A DNA stretch of 64,000 bases from Trichoplax adhaerens (taxonomy: Eukaryota; Animalia; Placozoa): contig NW_002060943.1 of the NCBI RefSeq assembly GCF_000150275.1, positions 6,936,299-7,000,298 of the forward strand, written 5' to 3'. Within the stretch, counting starts at the first letter, position 1, and the number at the start of each line of letters is the position of its first letter. Below are positions 1-15,260 of the stretch, piece by piece. The notes under the pieces are model-generated. The model searched no databases. It had not been told where the DNA came from and saw nothing but the letters and a program-made list of their open reading frames with translations. The translations under genes were made by a program, and so were the position numbers.

Positions 1-3000
1 TATTGAATGTCTCATATTATTTCAACATGCAGTATGTCTTGTTTGATTGATTTAATTTTTTAACATTTTTTTATTATTTTAACCGTATCAAATTTGCACT
101 ACCTATAACAGTCATGTTATGCGACTTCATAACATGACTAGCACATTATGTTGCGCTATCAAGATCAATTTGCTTTTTGTATGTACAAGTACATCTTACC
201 TATAGGAATTATATTCTTCTTGAAGGGTTATTCATAGACTGCATATTATCTCAAGAGAATATATTATGTTATTGAAGTTACTTTACACCAATGTATTTAG
301 ACAATTTAAAAACTGTTTGACCAATAACCATTATTATTGTCTATTGGTAGTATTGTGATCAAGAATATTTTAGCACAGGAATATTCTCTAGAATAAGATA
401 TGAGAAAGACCAACAACTTTAAACATTATATGATAAATTGAAACTTGGCATAATGATAAATGTACTAATATATACGGGTATGTCCCCTACTACATTCGTA
501 TCGTATTACTTTATGGTATAATTCTTCTATCACTGTTGGTAATAGATGATAGGTTTATCAGTGAGATAAATTAAAAGTACTCCTTTAAATATTCATCACG
601 ACAATCTCGGTAATATGAAGATCACGGCCTATATAGCATTCTTATGTACTAATGGTAATAACATGTACAGTAATAAGCAGCAACTCGCGTTAAATTCAAA
701 TTTCTGCTTAAGATAAGTTTTAACTTATTGTGTTGTAGTTATCGACATACAAGTATCTCGTATTATTACTTCTACCATATCGATCTAATATACATTATCT
801 TGTAATATGCGTTATACAGTATTCTTGTATAGGACGTTCTAGCGTTAGCAATTTCATCTTATGCGTCCATCTCATTATATCATTAACTGCATACAATAAC
901 TTGCATTGCTGTCCTATAAAATTCATCAAGTAAATTGTCTTTGAGTTATCATACTCTATCCGGTATTATCATCATCTGGTTCACTATTTTTAATCGACAA
1001 ATTCGACGTAAGATGAAGACAAATAACACTTATATTAGATATATCAAAAAATTGCAAACTTCGCGTGGCCAATATTCCAATCACTAGAATTTGCTTACTT
1101 TTATAAATATGAGGTAATATATTTTACGGTATTTTTTAATTTTAGTACATGCTTATAACGATCCACAGAAGTGGATCGTTTTTACAGCATTTAGTATTTA
1201 AATGTCCTAGCACAGACTCATTTCATGATCATATCTTGTTCAATGTCCAGCATCTTTCTATGCCTTGACCTATTGAACTTTTTTCTATTTTCCCCTCATC
1301 TATCCTTCCGTTAGTTGACAAAAGAAGAATAAAACATGGGCCCTCCTATTAACTTTCATTCTATACGGTCTAGATTATTTTGTCAACTCTGGAAAGTACT
1401 AAACCAATATTAGAATTTAATTTAGAGCATTTTTTACTATTTTCATGACTGGATCTCACATATTACTCATTTTAATACTCAAAAAGGTAGCGAATAAATG
1501 ATTATTGCCTATATTTAGTCCTTATTATGATAAAAATGATGAGATGAAAACTATCTACTGTATATTCAGAAACAAACATCAAATAGTAGCATACTCGTAG
1601 AATCACATGCTATCTCCTTGTTTTGTGGCTTGCCTTTATTTATACCGTTGGATTTACTAGTCCTGTTGAAATTTTTAATAAGGCGTTATGGATAATAGCC
1701 GATGATTGTTGCTTTAATTCATAATATTATGATTGTGCTTGGTGACAATCTATCTTACTCAATGGGTTGTAGTCATTTAAAAGAAAAAGAGGAGAAGAGC
1801 TTACAGCATTGGATAACATCTGCGTATCAAAATTTCTTCTAATTATTCTAGTTTCACAGGCGTTGTCTTGTATTGTCTCAAATCATTCCTATTATTCCTA
1901 CCGATAGACCTATAGACTCCTTTCATATGCTTAAGAAATCTCTTGTATGATTAAACAAATTACGTATGTACATATTTCTATTTAAATACTACAATCACCT
2001 ATGTTGCACTGCTAGCATATCGCCTGAGAGATGTTATTGCCATGAGCTGCCTTTTTATTTTCATGGCTTAAGTCGCTTTACCCTTATTTTTCTCTTGCCA
2101 TTTTTCATTTTCTTTTTGTTATTTTGGCCAAATGGAATGTAAAAAAAAGTGCAGTGCCCTTAGGTAAATATAGTATAAGATTGTCATATACGCAATTTTG
2201 CTGATGATCTCTTTTAGCAAAGAAATTCCGACACAATATATACTAACTAGCCTAAGGAATAGATGTCAATCGTCGACTTGGCCGCAAAATATAAAATTTC
2301 CTTCTCCCCTCCCATCTCCTATCCATAAAAGCCCCAAACGATAATGTAATCACTGATTTATAACTGATAAATGAGTATGGATATGGGTAAATGAGATGAA
2401 AAAAAAAAATTGCCACCCATTTCAAGTATTCTTACGTTGTTCAAAACTAGCCATAACTTAGAGTAGATTGGTGGATTTTAACAATAAAATTAGAATTCTC
2501 TCTCTAAAGTATTTTGACATGGTAGTAAGAATTGATGAATAATAATTTAATCCAAATTAATGGCCAGGGATAGACGAAATCACAATATCAATTGCATCTT
2601 CCATTTCAAAGAAATAATTGTATAATATCCTTAATAATATAGGAGGTAATTTGATCGTTAAGAATAATAACTGCAGTTTACAACCGTGGATTACTAAATT
2701 GATCCCATAGTCCATACATTATGATCCGGTACTCATTAATCATCCTTCATCGCCGCTAACAATGCTAAACTATAGTAGTTATTATTTTCTTTATACTATG
2801 TTCATTGCTTATTCTATTTATCTTACTGTTAATTTTGACGCTGGAAAAGATTGATCATAGCACAGTTAAAGCTGAAGTCTAAGAATAGAGGTAAAAATTA
2901 ACAAGTCTTGGCTATTTTGGGATTCTTTTTAGTGGATCATCCTTTTCATCGTTACATTCTTATGTAGACATTATAAAATTGATTATATATTATTGGTATG

Positions 3001-5384
3001 AAGACTAGATAAAAAGATGACAAAGCAGAATCAATTATAAGTACATACTCCATATTACAATAGGAAATGTTGTAATTTAATGGGGATAATCTACAATCTA
3101 AAAGGGGAAAATATTCATCTTGAACGTGATCACTTTATTAGATATGATCATGATCTACAAGTACATGCTATCGGATTTGTTTATAGCTTAAATAGTTAAA
3201 ATTGTCAATCCATTTCAAAGGTAAAACAATCGTTTTTTAGAGGTGATAGTTAGTCCGACTGATACTGTGCATATTTCATCACTGTTACTTCTACCTAATG
3301 ATTACAATTTAGAATCAATCTTAGATAAATTTGCAATCATCGTAAGTATTATTACTAGATAACTCCCATCATAATTATGATATACTCTATAATTAATCAA
3401 GCTATATCTAACGTAATTAGTTATAATTTACGATCAATTCTTACCTATGATCACATTTGCCTGATCAAGCCTAAATTTAAAGTTTTGTTAGACTTTCTTA
3501 CTCTTATCAATAATTAGATGTAATTTATAATCAGTCATTCTAGTTAACTCATATCTGATAACTGCATACTTTACGTTAATTTATCCAACTTGCCCTAGCT
3601 TTTTACCATTGACAGTATAATCAAGTTTTACTAGTTCTGAATTGATTGATGATACGTGATGATTGCCAGATAAGTTCATAATATATTCTATCATAATTAA
3701 TCAGCTTTACTTAAATTTAATAGTGGCAGTTTACGTTCATATAAAGAAAAACCTTTCATTTCATTTTCTTAATGTAATAATTAATACAAGCATATATTTC
3801 ATGTAAGTTTTACGTATATTTCTGTTCTACCGCTTTAACTTGGTCTTAATATGTACTGTAGAATATGTATACAAATAGGTTACTAATACGCGAATATAGA
3901 CATACAATACATACATACGTACATATATATCCGCATAATATATCGATCTACAACATGTATACTTAAAAATTTCCCAAATACAAATTCAGCGTGTTATTAA
4001 CGTAGGCGATAAATATCTATGTATACGAACTAATGGTGAAATAATTAGCTATGCTGTACAGTTTATTGTAGAAGTAATGATTGCCTGATTAATAGACTTA
4101 GAGCGATCATTCATAGCGATAATTAATTTCAAAATTTATATGAATCTGGAATAGGGCAATACATTTGTGTAGATAGTGAATATTGAAGGATACGACAGAG
4201 TGTATTTATGTCAAATTGAAGCGTTAAGGATGAATACTAGGCGATTTATGTCATATGACTGAAGGCAAAGCAATAGGCAATTTTACGTTTACTCTAAGTA
4301 TTTTTTCAAAAATAGCAGTAACATTAGCAATCTCGTGCCTGCTTAATTGTGCATTCTCAAGTATATGAGTTTTCATATGAAAATCGCTTTTTAATGACGC
4401 TTACATACTTCAGTTATGTCATCCAATCGTTGAACACTCTATAAATTAGCTAATGAGGATATAAAAATTTGAAAATACCAATCTAAATAACTAATAGCAG
4501 ATAATTGCCCTGCGTGAAGTATTTAACTCAATATCTTTTTATATATCTTATCTGTAGTTTTTAACAGACACAACATAATTTCATAGTTTTTCATAAATGT
4601 TATTTTTTAACCAATGAAAAGCAAATTAAATTATACACTCGTACATAGATGCTAGTTAAGCCTTTATTTATATGTTATATCAATACGTCCGTACGGAATG
4701 GACTAATTAATTCATTATACTTATGGGACTAGACCAAGATCGTATTAGATTCAGTCCAGTACAATCAACCAATTATCTGTATAATATAATTGACAGGCTA
4801 CATTACTTATTTTTAACTTCTAAGCCAAAGCATTTAACGAATTCATTTTCAAGTCATTGATCGATTACTACTGAACTACAGTATGCAGTATATTCGTACG
4901 ATACAATATTGATAAGATCTTGCTTCAGATTAATGATATTCTTAGTAGAAGAAATAGAAATGTAATACATAATTAACTGTACTTTTACGTCATATATGCA
5001 ATCTACTGTCCACTTTATTGAGTTAACTATCAAAGTGGACATATCACACGATGTAGCACTTATTCTTTTAATTATAAATAAAGAAATAATATTATAAAAT
5101 CATAAATGAATATTTAAAATGATGCAAATTTTCTCTTTTGTGGTAGTCCATTTTTTATTTTTAATCATCTCTTATCTTTTCTGTAGTAGTAATTAATATT
5201 TAATCTTTAATACGTATTCGATTCTTTTCAACTTGCTATTTTATTTCATTGATTTGATGATTGTGTTTGGCTGTCTATTTTAAGTATTATTATGTTTGAT
5301 ATGGTAGAGAAAGTTATGCTAACACTAACTGGTTATAAGTGCAGATGATCAAAAAGTTGAATCCTCTGTCTTTTTACATTTTAG

Positions 5385-8300
5385 TCTTCATGTCATGACG
5401 AAATCGACATTACTGATTCTAGCGTTGCTGAAAGGAGTACTAAAAACTCCAATCACAGCTTCACGGTAAGCCAATGTTGATTCTCTATCTTATTTATTTT
5501 ACTTTAATGGATTTAATATCTGATAAGGAAAAATTGATAAATGTAGAAAAATCATTCTATATTATGTTGCGATCATTTTTAATTATGTTTTCATCTATTT
5601 AGTGAATACTATACAATCATCTCATTCCGTGTTAATATCTGGTACACGTAAAATATAATTATACTCTTCCCGCTCTTTTATTTAGTTAATACATGTTAGC
5701 AAGTACCATTTCTACATAATGAGCCCTAAATAATCTAGTAATAACGCATTTTCGAAATTTAAGTTGCTAAGCAATTACCTTTAATGATATTGAATTATTC
5801 AATGAGTTTTTATATTGATAAAAACTTTTCCTCACAATATATATATAATCTGTAAGATAATAAAAAGTGCCCTTATAATAGCGTATTTGAGTTGGAAGAC
5901 TGTGGGGATCACTTACTCAAGTGTTATTGATGAAATAAGTATATCTTATCATATCGAATTAAAATTTGTATAAGTAACTTATTAATCTATATTATATGAA
6001 TACATTTTACTCAAGACAATTGCTTTAAATAAATTAGATAACAACACCCTTCAGAAAATTAGTTATAAGTGCTGAAAGCCGCAAAGAAATGGAAGACTGG
6101 ATAAATGTTATCAGAGCTGCTAAGAAAGAACCTCGAGAAGCGGTAGGAAGTATTCAGATAACTGTAAAACTAGAGAATGGGCAATGACTCCTGATCAATT
6201 TATCCGATATTAATAAATTGATATTCATTCTAGAAGCATTTTTTTTTCTGTTATTAACCAAGTACTACTACTACTACACGTTATTCTTCAGGTGTATGAT
6301 CCAATTAATATAACCAATGGCCAACATAAATGGCATGCATGCTCTCATAATCGACCAACTTTCTGTAATGTATGCCGTGAATCGTTTTCCGGTGTCAAAT
6401 CCCATGGTCTTTCTTGTGAAGGTGCATTTACTATCGCTATTACAGCATAACTTTCAAAAAATTGACTGTTTTGAATATTCTGTATCCTCAGTCTGCAAAT
6501 ATAAAGCTCACAAAAGATGTGCAGCCCGAGCCCCAAATAATTGTAAATGGACTACGAGTGCATCGATTGACAAAGAATGTCTTATCAGTAATGATAAGGT
6601 TGTAATAATATCTGTATATTACTAAAAGTAAATTTGAGGCATATTTGTATGTCATAGAATAACTCTGATGTTCTATCTTGCCTATAATTGCTATGTAGTA
6701 CGCGGTACCTCATCAATGGAATGAAGGAAATCTAGCTAGTGGTTCTAAATGCGGACTCTGCGAGAGGTCTTGCGGTAGTACGAAGAGATTGCAAGACTTT
6801 AGATGTTTATGGTGTGGAGTTTCTGTAAGTTTCATAATGATTGCTTATTTTTTTATACCTTTTACAGTATTTGAGAAAACATACACTCTAGTTAAATACT
6901 ATAAATATTAAATAACAATAGGTTCATAAGGATTGTAAGCCATTGTATCCAGCTAAATGCAGCTTAGGCCCTCACCGAGTATCAACCATACCACCAATTG
7001 CTATCAATGTTACAACTGCATTTCGCAGTGTGGTCTGGGAGGTATTACGAATGACACTAAATTCTTATAGTATTTAAAAACTAATAAAATTGGTATCAAA
7101 TAAAAGTACACGATTATTATGCATTAACATCCGATACAAATGTGATTAACACATTTCTTTTAATTATTCGATCTAACTTAAGGCTAAGCAACCACCAAAC
7201 TGTAGTCCATTGCTTGTATTTATTAACTCAAAAAGTGGAGAAAATCAGGTAAATTGTTATAGAAGATAATTAGGGAATTACACAATTTCTTATTGTGTCA
7301 CTCATAGTCGATATAATTCAGTAAAATGACTTTTTCCCATCGGATTAGGGTGTTCGATTCATACGACGTTTTAAACAGCTTTTAAATCCAACGCAAGTTT
7401 ACGATTTGATGGTCGGGGGTCCATCCGTTGGGTAAATAACTAAAAACATACTAATTTTTTTAAAATTACATGACTACTACTTATTAATTGAATATGGAAT
7501 AGCAACTTACTCTTATATAATTGTTATTATTATTAGATTATCACTGTTCCGTAACTTTAATCCTTTCCGCGTGCTTATCTGCGGTGGAGATGGGTCAATT
7601 GGATGGGTACTATCGGAAGTTGATAAAATGAATCTTTCTCATCAAGTTAGTGTGGCCACTGAACCTAATTATTTTACTCAATTTATTTCTAGAGTATACC
7701 TTATATAATAAATTTAATTGTTCCCAACAAAAATATTTTTTATTCTTATCGTGCTATTAAGACATAGTGAATATAGATTATTATGTAGTATTCGTATTTA
7801 TTCCTTTATGCGGTTAAGTATGTCAATTTTTTAACATAGTGTCAGGTCGGAGTTCTACCTCTCGGTACTGGTAATGACCTGGCTAGAGTATTAGGATGGG
7901 GATCAGCATGTGACGATGAGAGCCATGTACCAACAGTTTTAGCACAACTAGAAAAATCCAGTACAAAAATGCTGGATCGGTTAGTTTTCTTTATGAATAG
8001 TTGTTACTGATTTATTCTACTTATCTTAAATCTATCTTATTCTGATTTAGCTGGGGAATAATGACCCGAACAAATGATGAAGAAAATGCTGCAGTAAGTA
8101 TTATTTCATTAGCTTCTATGACGCCTTAATCTCGAGTTAAAATATGTGCATGACAATGCTCTAATATTTCAACTGATAGGACAACTCTAAAATTACTATT
8201 TATGAAAGTTCTGTTGCTAGCCATTTGGCAAAGATGATAGAGTCTACTGATAATACTGAAGTCATAAGATCAACAAGGTTTAATAATTTCGTATGATCAT

Positions 8301-11300
8301 TTAAATTATATGCGTTATCGAGTTGCTAATTATTTAACAAGTTTTACTTGCTGACATTTTTGAATTAACAAAAATAGGGTATTCTGTGAAACTGTAAAAC
8401 AATTGATAGATAAAGTTAAGGCAGCTTTTACGTCAACATCGGATCCAACTGAGCCGGATTCCATCATATACAAGGTTACTACTACTTTATATGATTGAGG
8501 ACTTTCATCGTAAATAATTATTTGTCGCTTTCGATATTAAATATTACATAATAACAGAAAATGCACTAGTCCAACGCTCTCATACAGTTTTTATAATTCC
8601 CTTGTATACATAGTGTTCCGTGTTAAATGAAAAAGTTACATTGCTATTGCGGACTCTATCGGCTGAAACGGAAGCTGCTAGTTCATCGTTCAACGCCAGT
8701 ACCCATGCTGATGATCAAGTAAACAATTAGATATCGTTATTTTGGGAGGAAATACTCTAAAGCCGATATCATTGTCAATGCATTTATAGATAAGCTTGAG
8801 ATATAAGGAAGCTCTCAAATCTCGTGCCAATAGTTTAAAGAAAGCAATTCGACAAATTATCGAACATGCAGAAAAAGGTATAACTCTTCCGTCATATTCT
8901 CGTCACAAAGTTGGCGATAGCTGATTGAGAACATTATCTTTTACACTTCTTAGCGTTAGATGAACAGAATCGTCCAATTATTTCGCAGAATCTTGACTCA
9001 CTAAGGTCGATTAGTTCTATATCTGATGTTCCGTTAGATGTACAACGGGATATGCATTGTACGGAAAGTAAAAATAACCAACAAATGTCTACTAATTATG
9101 AAAGTAGACCAAGAAAAGGTAGTGAGCCGGCGCCAATGTATAAGGTAATTTATTCCGAAAAAACTGTTAATAGAGATTTATAACTTCATATGTGCGTGAG
9201 TTTCTGTAGTAATGCGCTACTAACCAAGCGGATAAATAGTAGAATCGATAAACACTAACCTATAATTATTGTAACAAAAGGATAATAATATGGCGACAAA
9301 ACCCAGTTTTAAACAATCAATGCCGAATTTATCGGCACCAAAAATAGTTTTTCCTAATGATGAAGATAAGGCTAAAATTAATGCACACCTGATTAATCCT
9401 ATATTAGCGAAAGCTACCAGCGAAAAATCACTGTACGTTTTTCTTTCTTATATTTCGCTGTTATTAATGATATCATAATGTAACTATAATGATTTTATAT
9501 TGCAAATTTGAAACTTTAGAAATGGTTATAAGGAGAGATGTATTATGAACAACTACTTTGGTATCGGATTAGATGCTAAAATAAGCCTTGATTTTCATTT
9601 GCGAAGAGAAGAACACCCAGATAAATACAGGTAGTATGTGACGATAGTTGGCATTCACGAGATAAGTACTAAAATTATATCTCGACGCTTCAATTAGAAA
9701 TCGAGCTAGAAATAAGATGTGCTACCTTTTAATGGGAGGACGGGAAATTATTAATAATACGTTTAGAAACCTTTATCGCCGTTTAATTATTGAGGTAAAC
9801 GAAACTCAAAGAAAAATTATGGAAATGTAGATTTGATAAATAGCTAATGTGCTAATATAATATTTGCCTGCTAAGAAAATTATTAATTATGTTATAATAG
9901 TGTGACGGGAAAGAGTTAAAATTACCGAGATTGCAAGGTATTGTCGTACTAAATATCCCAAGGTACAGTATATGATGTACAAAATACGTGCTGTGATTTC
10001 TCTTATCAATTTAACAGAAACAAATATTGATATCTAATTTTCTATATAGCTATATGGGCGGTACTAATTTTTGGGGCAGTACTAGAGAAGAAGCTGTAAG
10101 AATCTTAGTTTCATAACTAAAACCTATGCTTTTGTAATTTGAAATACTCTATTTGATCATGTAGGGTTTCGTTGCACCATCTTATGATGATAAATTATTA
10201 GAAGTAGTGGCTGTTTCTGGTGCTAGCCACTTTGTACGTATTTAAGCTTAATTTAAAAAATTTTTTGATATTGGTACCAGAGGATTATCTTAGGTAGTTA
10301 ACTAACACCTTTTGTTGTTTTTAGGCTCGAACAAAAGTATTTGGTATTCAGCAAGATCGTTTGACGCAATGTCGTTCTCTTAAAATAACAATTCTCGGCA
10401 ATGAGGATATCCCTATCCAAGTAGACGGAGAGGCATGGATGCAGAAGCCTGGAGTTATTCAAATAGTTCATAAAAATCGGATGCCAATGCTCGTTCGAAA
10501 TCAGGTATTTCGTAAAGCCAGTGATTTTAATTGTTGTATCGACTTTGTTAACATATATTTATAACAATTAATTATTGCAGGCCTTTGAAAGTGCATTACG
10601 GTCATGGAATGATAAAACGAAGGCACGCTATATTCCACGATTAACAGCTGAGGAAGAAAATGCATTAGCTGGATTAGAACAGGCTAGTTCGAAGCTAATA
10701 CAGAGGTACTTCTGTACAGTTTTCATTTAGACTTATGCAAAATTTCGTTGATGTAAATTTTTTTGATTTCAAAGTATCGAAATGGTTGCTGAGAGTGAAG
10801 CTTATATAGAAACCGACCTATATCAACTAGCCTCCAATACCGCGTCGGCGTTGGATAAATTATTCCCTAACGGCCGACTTCCAGAAGTAAGATTAATAAC
10901 TAGTGATAATAAATATCTTTATTATATTGCATGATATGTATGTGTTGTGAACATGGAATAGGTAATACGATGTACATCATCTATCTTGTTATAGATTTCC
11001 GACTCAACGTTTGTGTTTGATATGATTGAACTTATTCAAACTAACATAGCCAACAATCGGTGGTTTATGAATATGCAATCTTCTAATCTTTCAACGGTAT
11101 GTCCAGCTATCAAAGTTTTCACTAATGTGGAGATTGATTAAGCACCTAACAAATCATAAATTACTAGCTGTTGATTAACTAATATTCTCTGTTCTGTTGC
11201 AGAAATTATGTTCAGAGCAAGAAAGTAATTTAGCCATTTCCTTAGCTACAGTTGAAAGGGAAACTAAAATTATTACCGAAAGATTTTCTAGGAAAGAAAC

Positions 11301-12252
11301 AGTACGAAAGACTTATTAATAACTTTTCTTACTAGATTGTTGTGTATTTGTATCAATATACCATTGATATATGGTCTATATAAACAATTCTATGTCACAC
11401 ATTTTTGGTAGCGTTGCAATCGATTTATTTTAGTATTAAGTTACGAATGATGATAACACTTGATAGCATCTAATTATGTATCGATTGTTATTGTTTGAAT
11501 TCTAGAAGGTAAAATCTAAGCATTCACAAAAGAAATCTATTAAATCAAGTCAGCAATCATCACAAACTACTAGTTCTAATGGTTTGCTAGCTCCACAAAG
11601 CCATCCGGACCACGCTCCTATTAAGGCCACATCAATAAGAGATTTACAAGGTATACTCTCGCTTTAATGATAACTGTTTTTATTTTGACTGTTTATTTTC
11701 TCTATTATAAATTTCGTTGAAACTGATAATTGGCGTTCGAGTAAATTCTGAATTGCAATCTACGTAATTTTCGATCATGCCATAAAATACTCAATAACTA
11801 GGACTTATAATTTTAGATTACGATATCAATTCATGGGGTACAGATAAAGTTGCCGATTGGGTAGACCAAATTGGTCTGCCGGAGTACACTCAATCATTTC
11901 AAGATCACGACATTTGTGGTCGCGATTTACTAACTCTTGATCGAAATGATTTGACGGTATGCGATAACTCGAATGTCTTATCTGCGTTATGTTATAAGTA
12001 AATTCATGCTTAAGTATGACCGTTGTAGGATTGCAATTATTACTGTTTATTTCGGACGCGATGTAGATATCGCATAAACTAGATATTAATGGAATAATTT
12101 CAATGTTATCAATCGCATAGTTACTCGGTGTCACTAAAGTCGGTCATGTTAAAAGAATCCTACGTGGAATACAAGGACTGCAAGAAAAGATGGGAGAGCA
12201 AACATTTAGCATGGATAATTCAGATCGCAAAATGTCTGCGCACAGTATATAA
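5385..12252 (+). CDS. DGKD: Type II diacylglycerol kinase (delta/eta-like): PH - C1 - C1 - split catalytic/accessory domain - SAM; multi-exon, 5' exon(s) not found in window
   Basis: Spliced exons give the PH C-terminal half (5385-5465 [24 protein letters not shown]; from 6038 [22 protein letters not shown]), C1a ([17 protein letters not shown]...[12 protein letters not shown]), C1b (HQWNEGNL...FRCLWC), catalytic [23 protein letters not shown] and [16 protein letters not shown], the type-II insert ([18 protein letters not shown]), accessory [18 protein letters not shown] and PIQVDGEAW, and a SAM domain ([10 protein letters not shown]...[13 protein letters not shown]). Stop TAA at 12250-12252. 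Delta versus eta orthology cannot be resolved by eye. Confidence 0.95.
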
Positions 12253-13559
12253 ATAAGGTTTTGGCAAAATTTATTTAATTGCAAGTTATGCCGGAGATTC
12301 TTAAACAAACGTTCTATAGAGTACGGATACCATTGTGAAACACGTTTTATCCACTTTAATACCATAATCGAATTATTTATCATATTAGCCCGAGTATGCC
12401 AATTCTAGACGACACTATTTAACGTGAAAGTTTACTGATGGAGTAGTCTTATTTTATATTGTACAACATCCAGTTTGAAATATTACAAAATTAAATTAAT
12501 CGTTATATACGTATTAGAAATTTTCGCTATTTTAAATCTGATTCGGCTATCTATTTATTTAGAAGCTTAACGATAATATTAATATGAAGGAAAGAGTCTA
12601 GTTTTGAGATAGAATATATGGTATTTATGTATAAATTTATATATATATATATATACATGTATATGTATATGTATTATTACGTATGCACGTTAATTTTTCA
12701 AAAAATATCTCATGTCTATATATTTCATTTACGTTGTAACTAAATCGAAAAGCACGTGTGTTACGTAATTGCAAACGTTTTATGTTTTCTTGATTGTGTG
12801 CTTTTTTCGAATCACGCGATGAAAAATGTAATTTTCATCTACCTTTTATTTTTTCTAAAAGAAATATTCTATCATGAAGAAAGTATATTCCATTTTCATT
12901 CATAAAGTTAATGTATAAAAGCGCTTAGTTGATAATAACTTGTTTTATTTAGATCATTAGTATATGATTATATAATCCTCATCTCAATGATTTAGAGAAC
13001 CGATATGAGTCCCCTAACAATTAATAATGTACTTAAACGTAATACGACAGCAATTTAACACATCATTGGGTGGTCATTTTTTTGTTTTGGTTATCTTAAG
13101 TGAGTGAATGCAACAGAGTATGGCTTTAAACCTGCTTCATTATTTTATAGAATGTTTGAGTAAAAAGATATGTGTTAATTCGTTCCATCCTATAAACAGC
13201 ACCGATACATAAATGTCGTGTTTTTCAGTGACTTATGTCACCTTATTAACCTACGAGCATAGAACGAAATGAAGTATATACAAAAATTTCTCTGTTAATG
13301 ATTTAATTTACATATAATTATTTCGGCAATGACGTAACATATTTTCTACTTTTAGCGATAGTATAAATGTAATGATAACATTAATATTGGCAAAGACTTC
13401 TATAAAATTTTATTTTGCATTGATCGGTACGTAGAGCTAAGTGCAGACACATCGCACTTTTGCATAGTTATTCAATTTTACTCGTTACTTGTTTAAAAAT
13501 CAGATTTAATAAACGTTGAACTTTATAGCCTGTGACTCTCTATATCGTCTAATTTTAGA

Positions 13560-14720
13560 TGTATGTACTTGCTGCAGCTAAGCAAGTGGAGTACACTAAT
13601 GCTGATAGTATGTGTATGCTATCCCATCAACAGTTGAGTAGAAAGCGAGATTCAATATACAAATGGTCAACATATCTTGTCGAGGTGTCAACTACTGTAC
13701 GCAAGTGAAGACTCATAGTAATCAATGGTCCATCGCACCAGCCCGCTAATCATATCTGATTCAATTCGTTAGTTTTAGAAGACTGCATAACGAAATCTGA
13801 TTTTGCTGTGTTAACAAGACCTGCTCAACACTGCATGCAATCATTTAAGATTCGAATAATGTCGGCTCCATTCCCATGATTTTATATAATTTATCTTAGA
13901 AAATTTTGAGCATTGCTATTACATAGGACTCTACATACACTACCTACTATTCTATCGAAAAGATATTTCTCTACTTTTTTGTTTCATCTTGACAGTGAAG
14001 ACGTAGACTGAATATGAACAACATGAGATTGAGGAAAATTCCAACCTTAAAATATACTCAAGTTCTTTATTTTCATTAGGAACTTGAGAACGATCATGTT
14101 GCTCACCGTAGTACAGTATGGAGTATGGTGCCAATGATACTCAATATAGTGCGTAGGATTCCTATACGAGGTAGTTAAATTTGGTCATCATGACGGATGG
14201 TGCTCTCTCACCTGATCGTCAAGGATTACAAAGTTGCTTTTAATCTACTTTAATTTAGTCTACATACTCAGTCAGTAGTCGAATAGAGAAATAGAGATTA
14301 TTTTCATCGAATGAATAAACAATTAATCAATATGCAGGAGTAACTTTCCATTACTACCTTACGTGCTGGCTGACTCAGCAAATCTGCTATGTTGTATGTA
14401 TGGTACAATAGTTTCTGTCCATACTGTACTCCACCCAATGCTGTTCTTGTCGTTGACGAAAGATTTACAACCGTTCGAGTAAGCAATCTACGCGTATGAA
14501 TATTAACTTAGGCATTTCAGCAAATAAGCATAGCGCTATTACTAGATCAGTGTAGGCATATTGAATTGGTGTTTGCAAATGCACTGATTCTGTAGCAAAG
14601 CGATTGAAATTAGACCATATCGATGGGAAGCTACAGAATAGTTTAACAACTTTTTGGGCATCCACATTTTGAACTGTTGCATACTTTTTATTTCACTCTC
14701 AGCACTGAATAGCAGGCCCC
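13560..14720 (-). mobile_element. Decayed Ty3/gypsy-type LTR retrotransposon pol fragment (RNase H followed by integrase), with stops and frameshifts
   Basis: Colinear motif remnants on the minus strand: NYS (14635-14643), IW..NRF, YTD (14546-14554), NIADLLS (14373-14393, cf. NxxADALSR), ILYY...VP, ADIIRILNDCMQC (CxxC at 13828-13839), GPL (13723-13731) and VVDTSTRY (13672-13695). RH-then-IN order matches Ty3/gypsy. No LTRs recognised; boundaries approximate. Confidence 0.6.
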
Positions 14721-15260
14721 CTCTATTCGTAGGTCATTATGACGGCCTTGGCTCGCATAATAAGAGATAGTTAATGCAGCGACTTCTACTCATCTTTCTC
14801 TTCAAAATCCCTGATTCACTGTTACTCACAAGTCAAAACTCGCTAATTGAATTAAAAACCAAACACCTTTACCATTCGATATGCGCCGTCTAGATTAATT
14901 AATTAGAACCAACACCTTCATACTGGATGTATGCCGTCTATAGGCTACTACTTTAGTGAGATCTCATGCTCTCTATAATTTATTATTACCAGAAAGCAAT
15001 ACATTCTCTCTTCGATAGAAATAATTTATTTATTATTTCAAGCAAGTGCATCTAGAGGATTTTCTACCCCGTTTGTTGATGGCCGCGCCGCGTTAACGAC
15101 TCATTCAACCCATACTATACTTGATTTTCTATACTGAGCTAAAGAGTATTTTTCAAGAGGCTTTCTCGACCCTAGACCCCAACTACCCCATCATCAGCTA
15201 CGGACCGCCGCCCGTCGGTACAGAACCGTCCTGCAATTGAATGTACTAACGACTGCGAAC

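Noticed and set aside
12639-12675. (TA)n/(TATATG)n microsatellite; also (TACA)n near 3900
   Set aside because: Ordinary short simple repeats in AT-rich DNA.
14857-14943. About 50-bp direct repeat (AACCAAACACCTT...GCCGTCTA) as an LTR end of the gypsy relic
   Set aside because: The two copies are adjacent rather than flanking the element, and no TG...CA termini, PBS or PPT were recognised.
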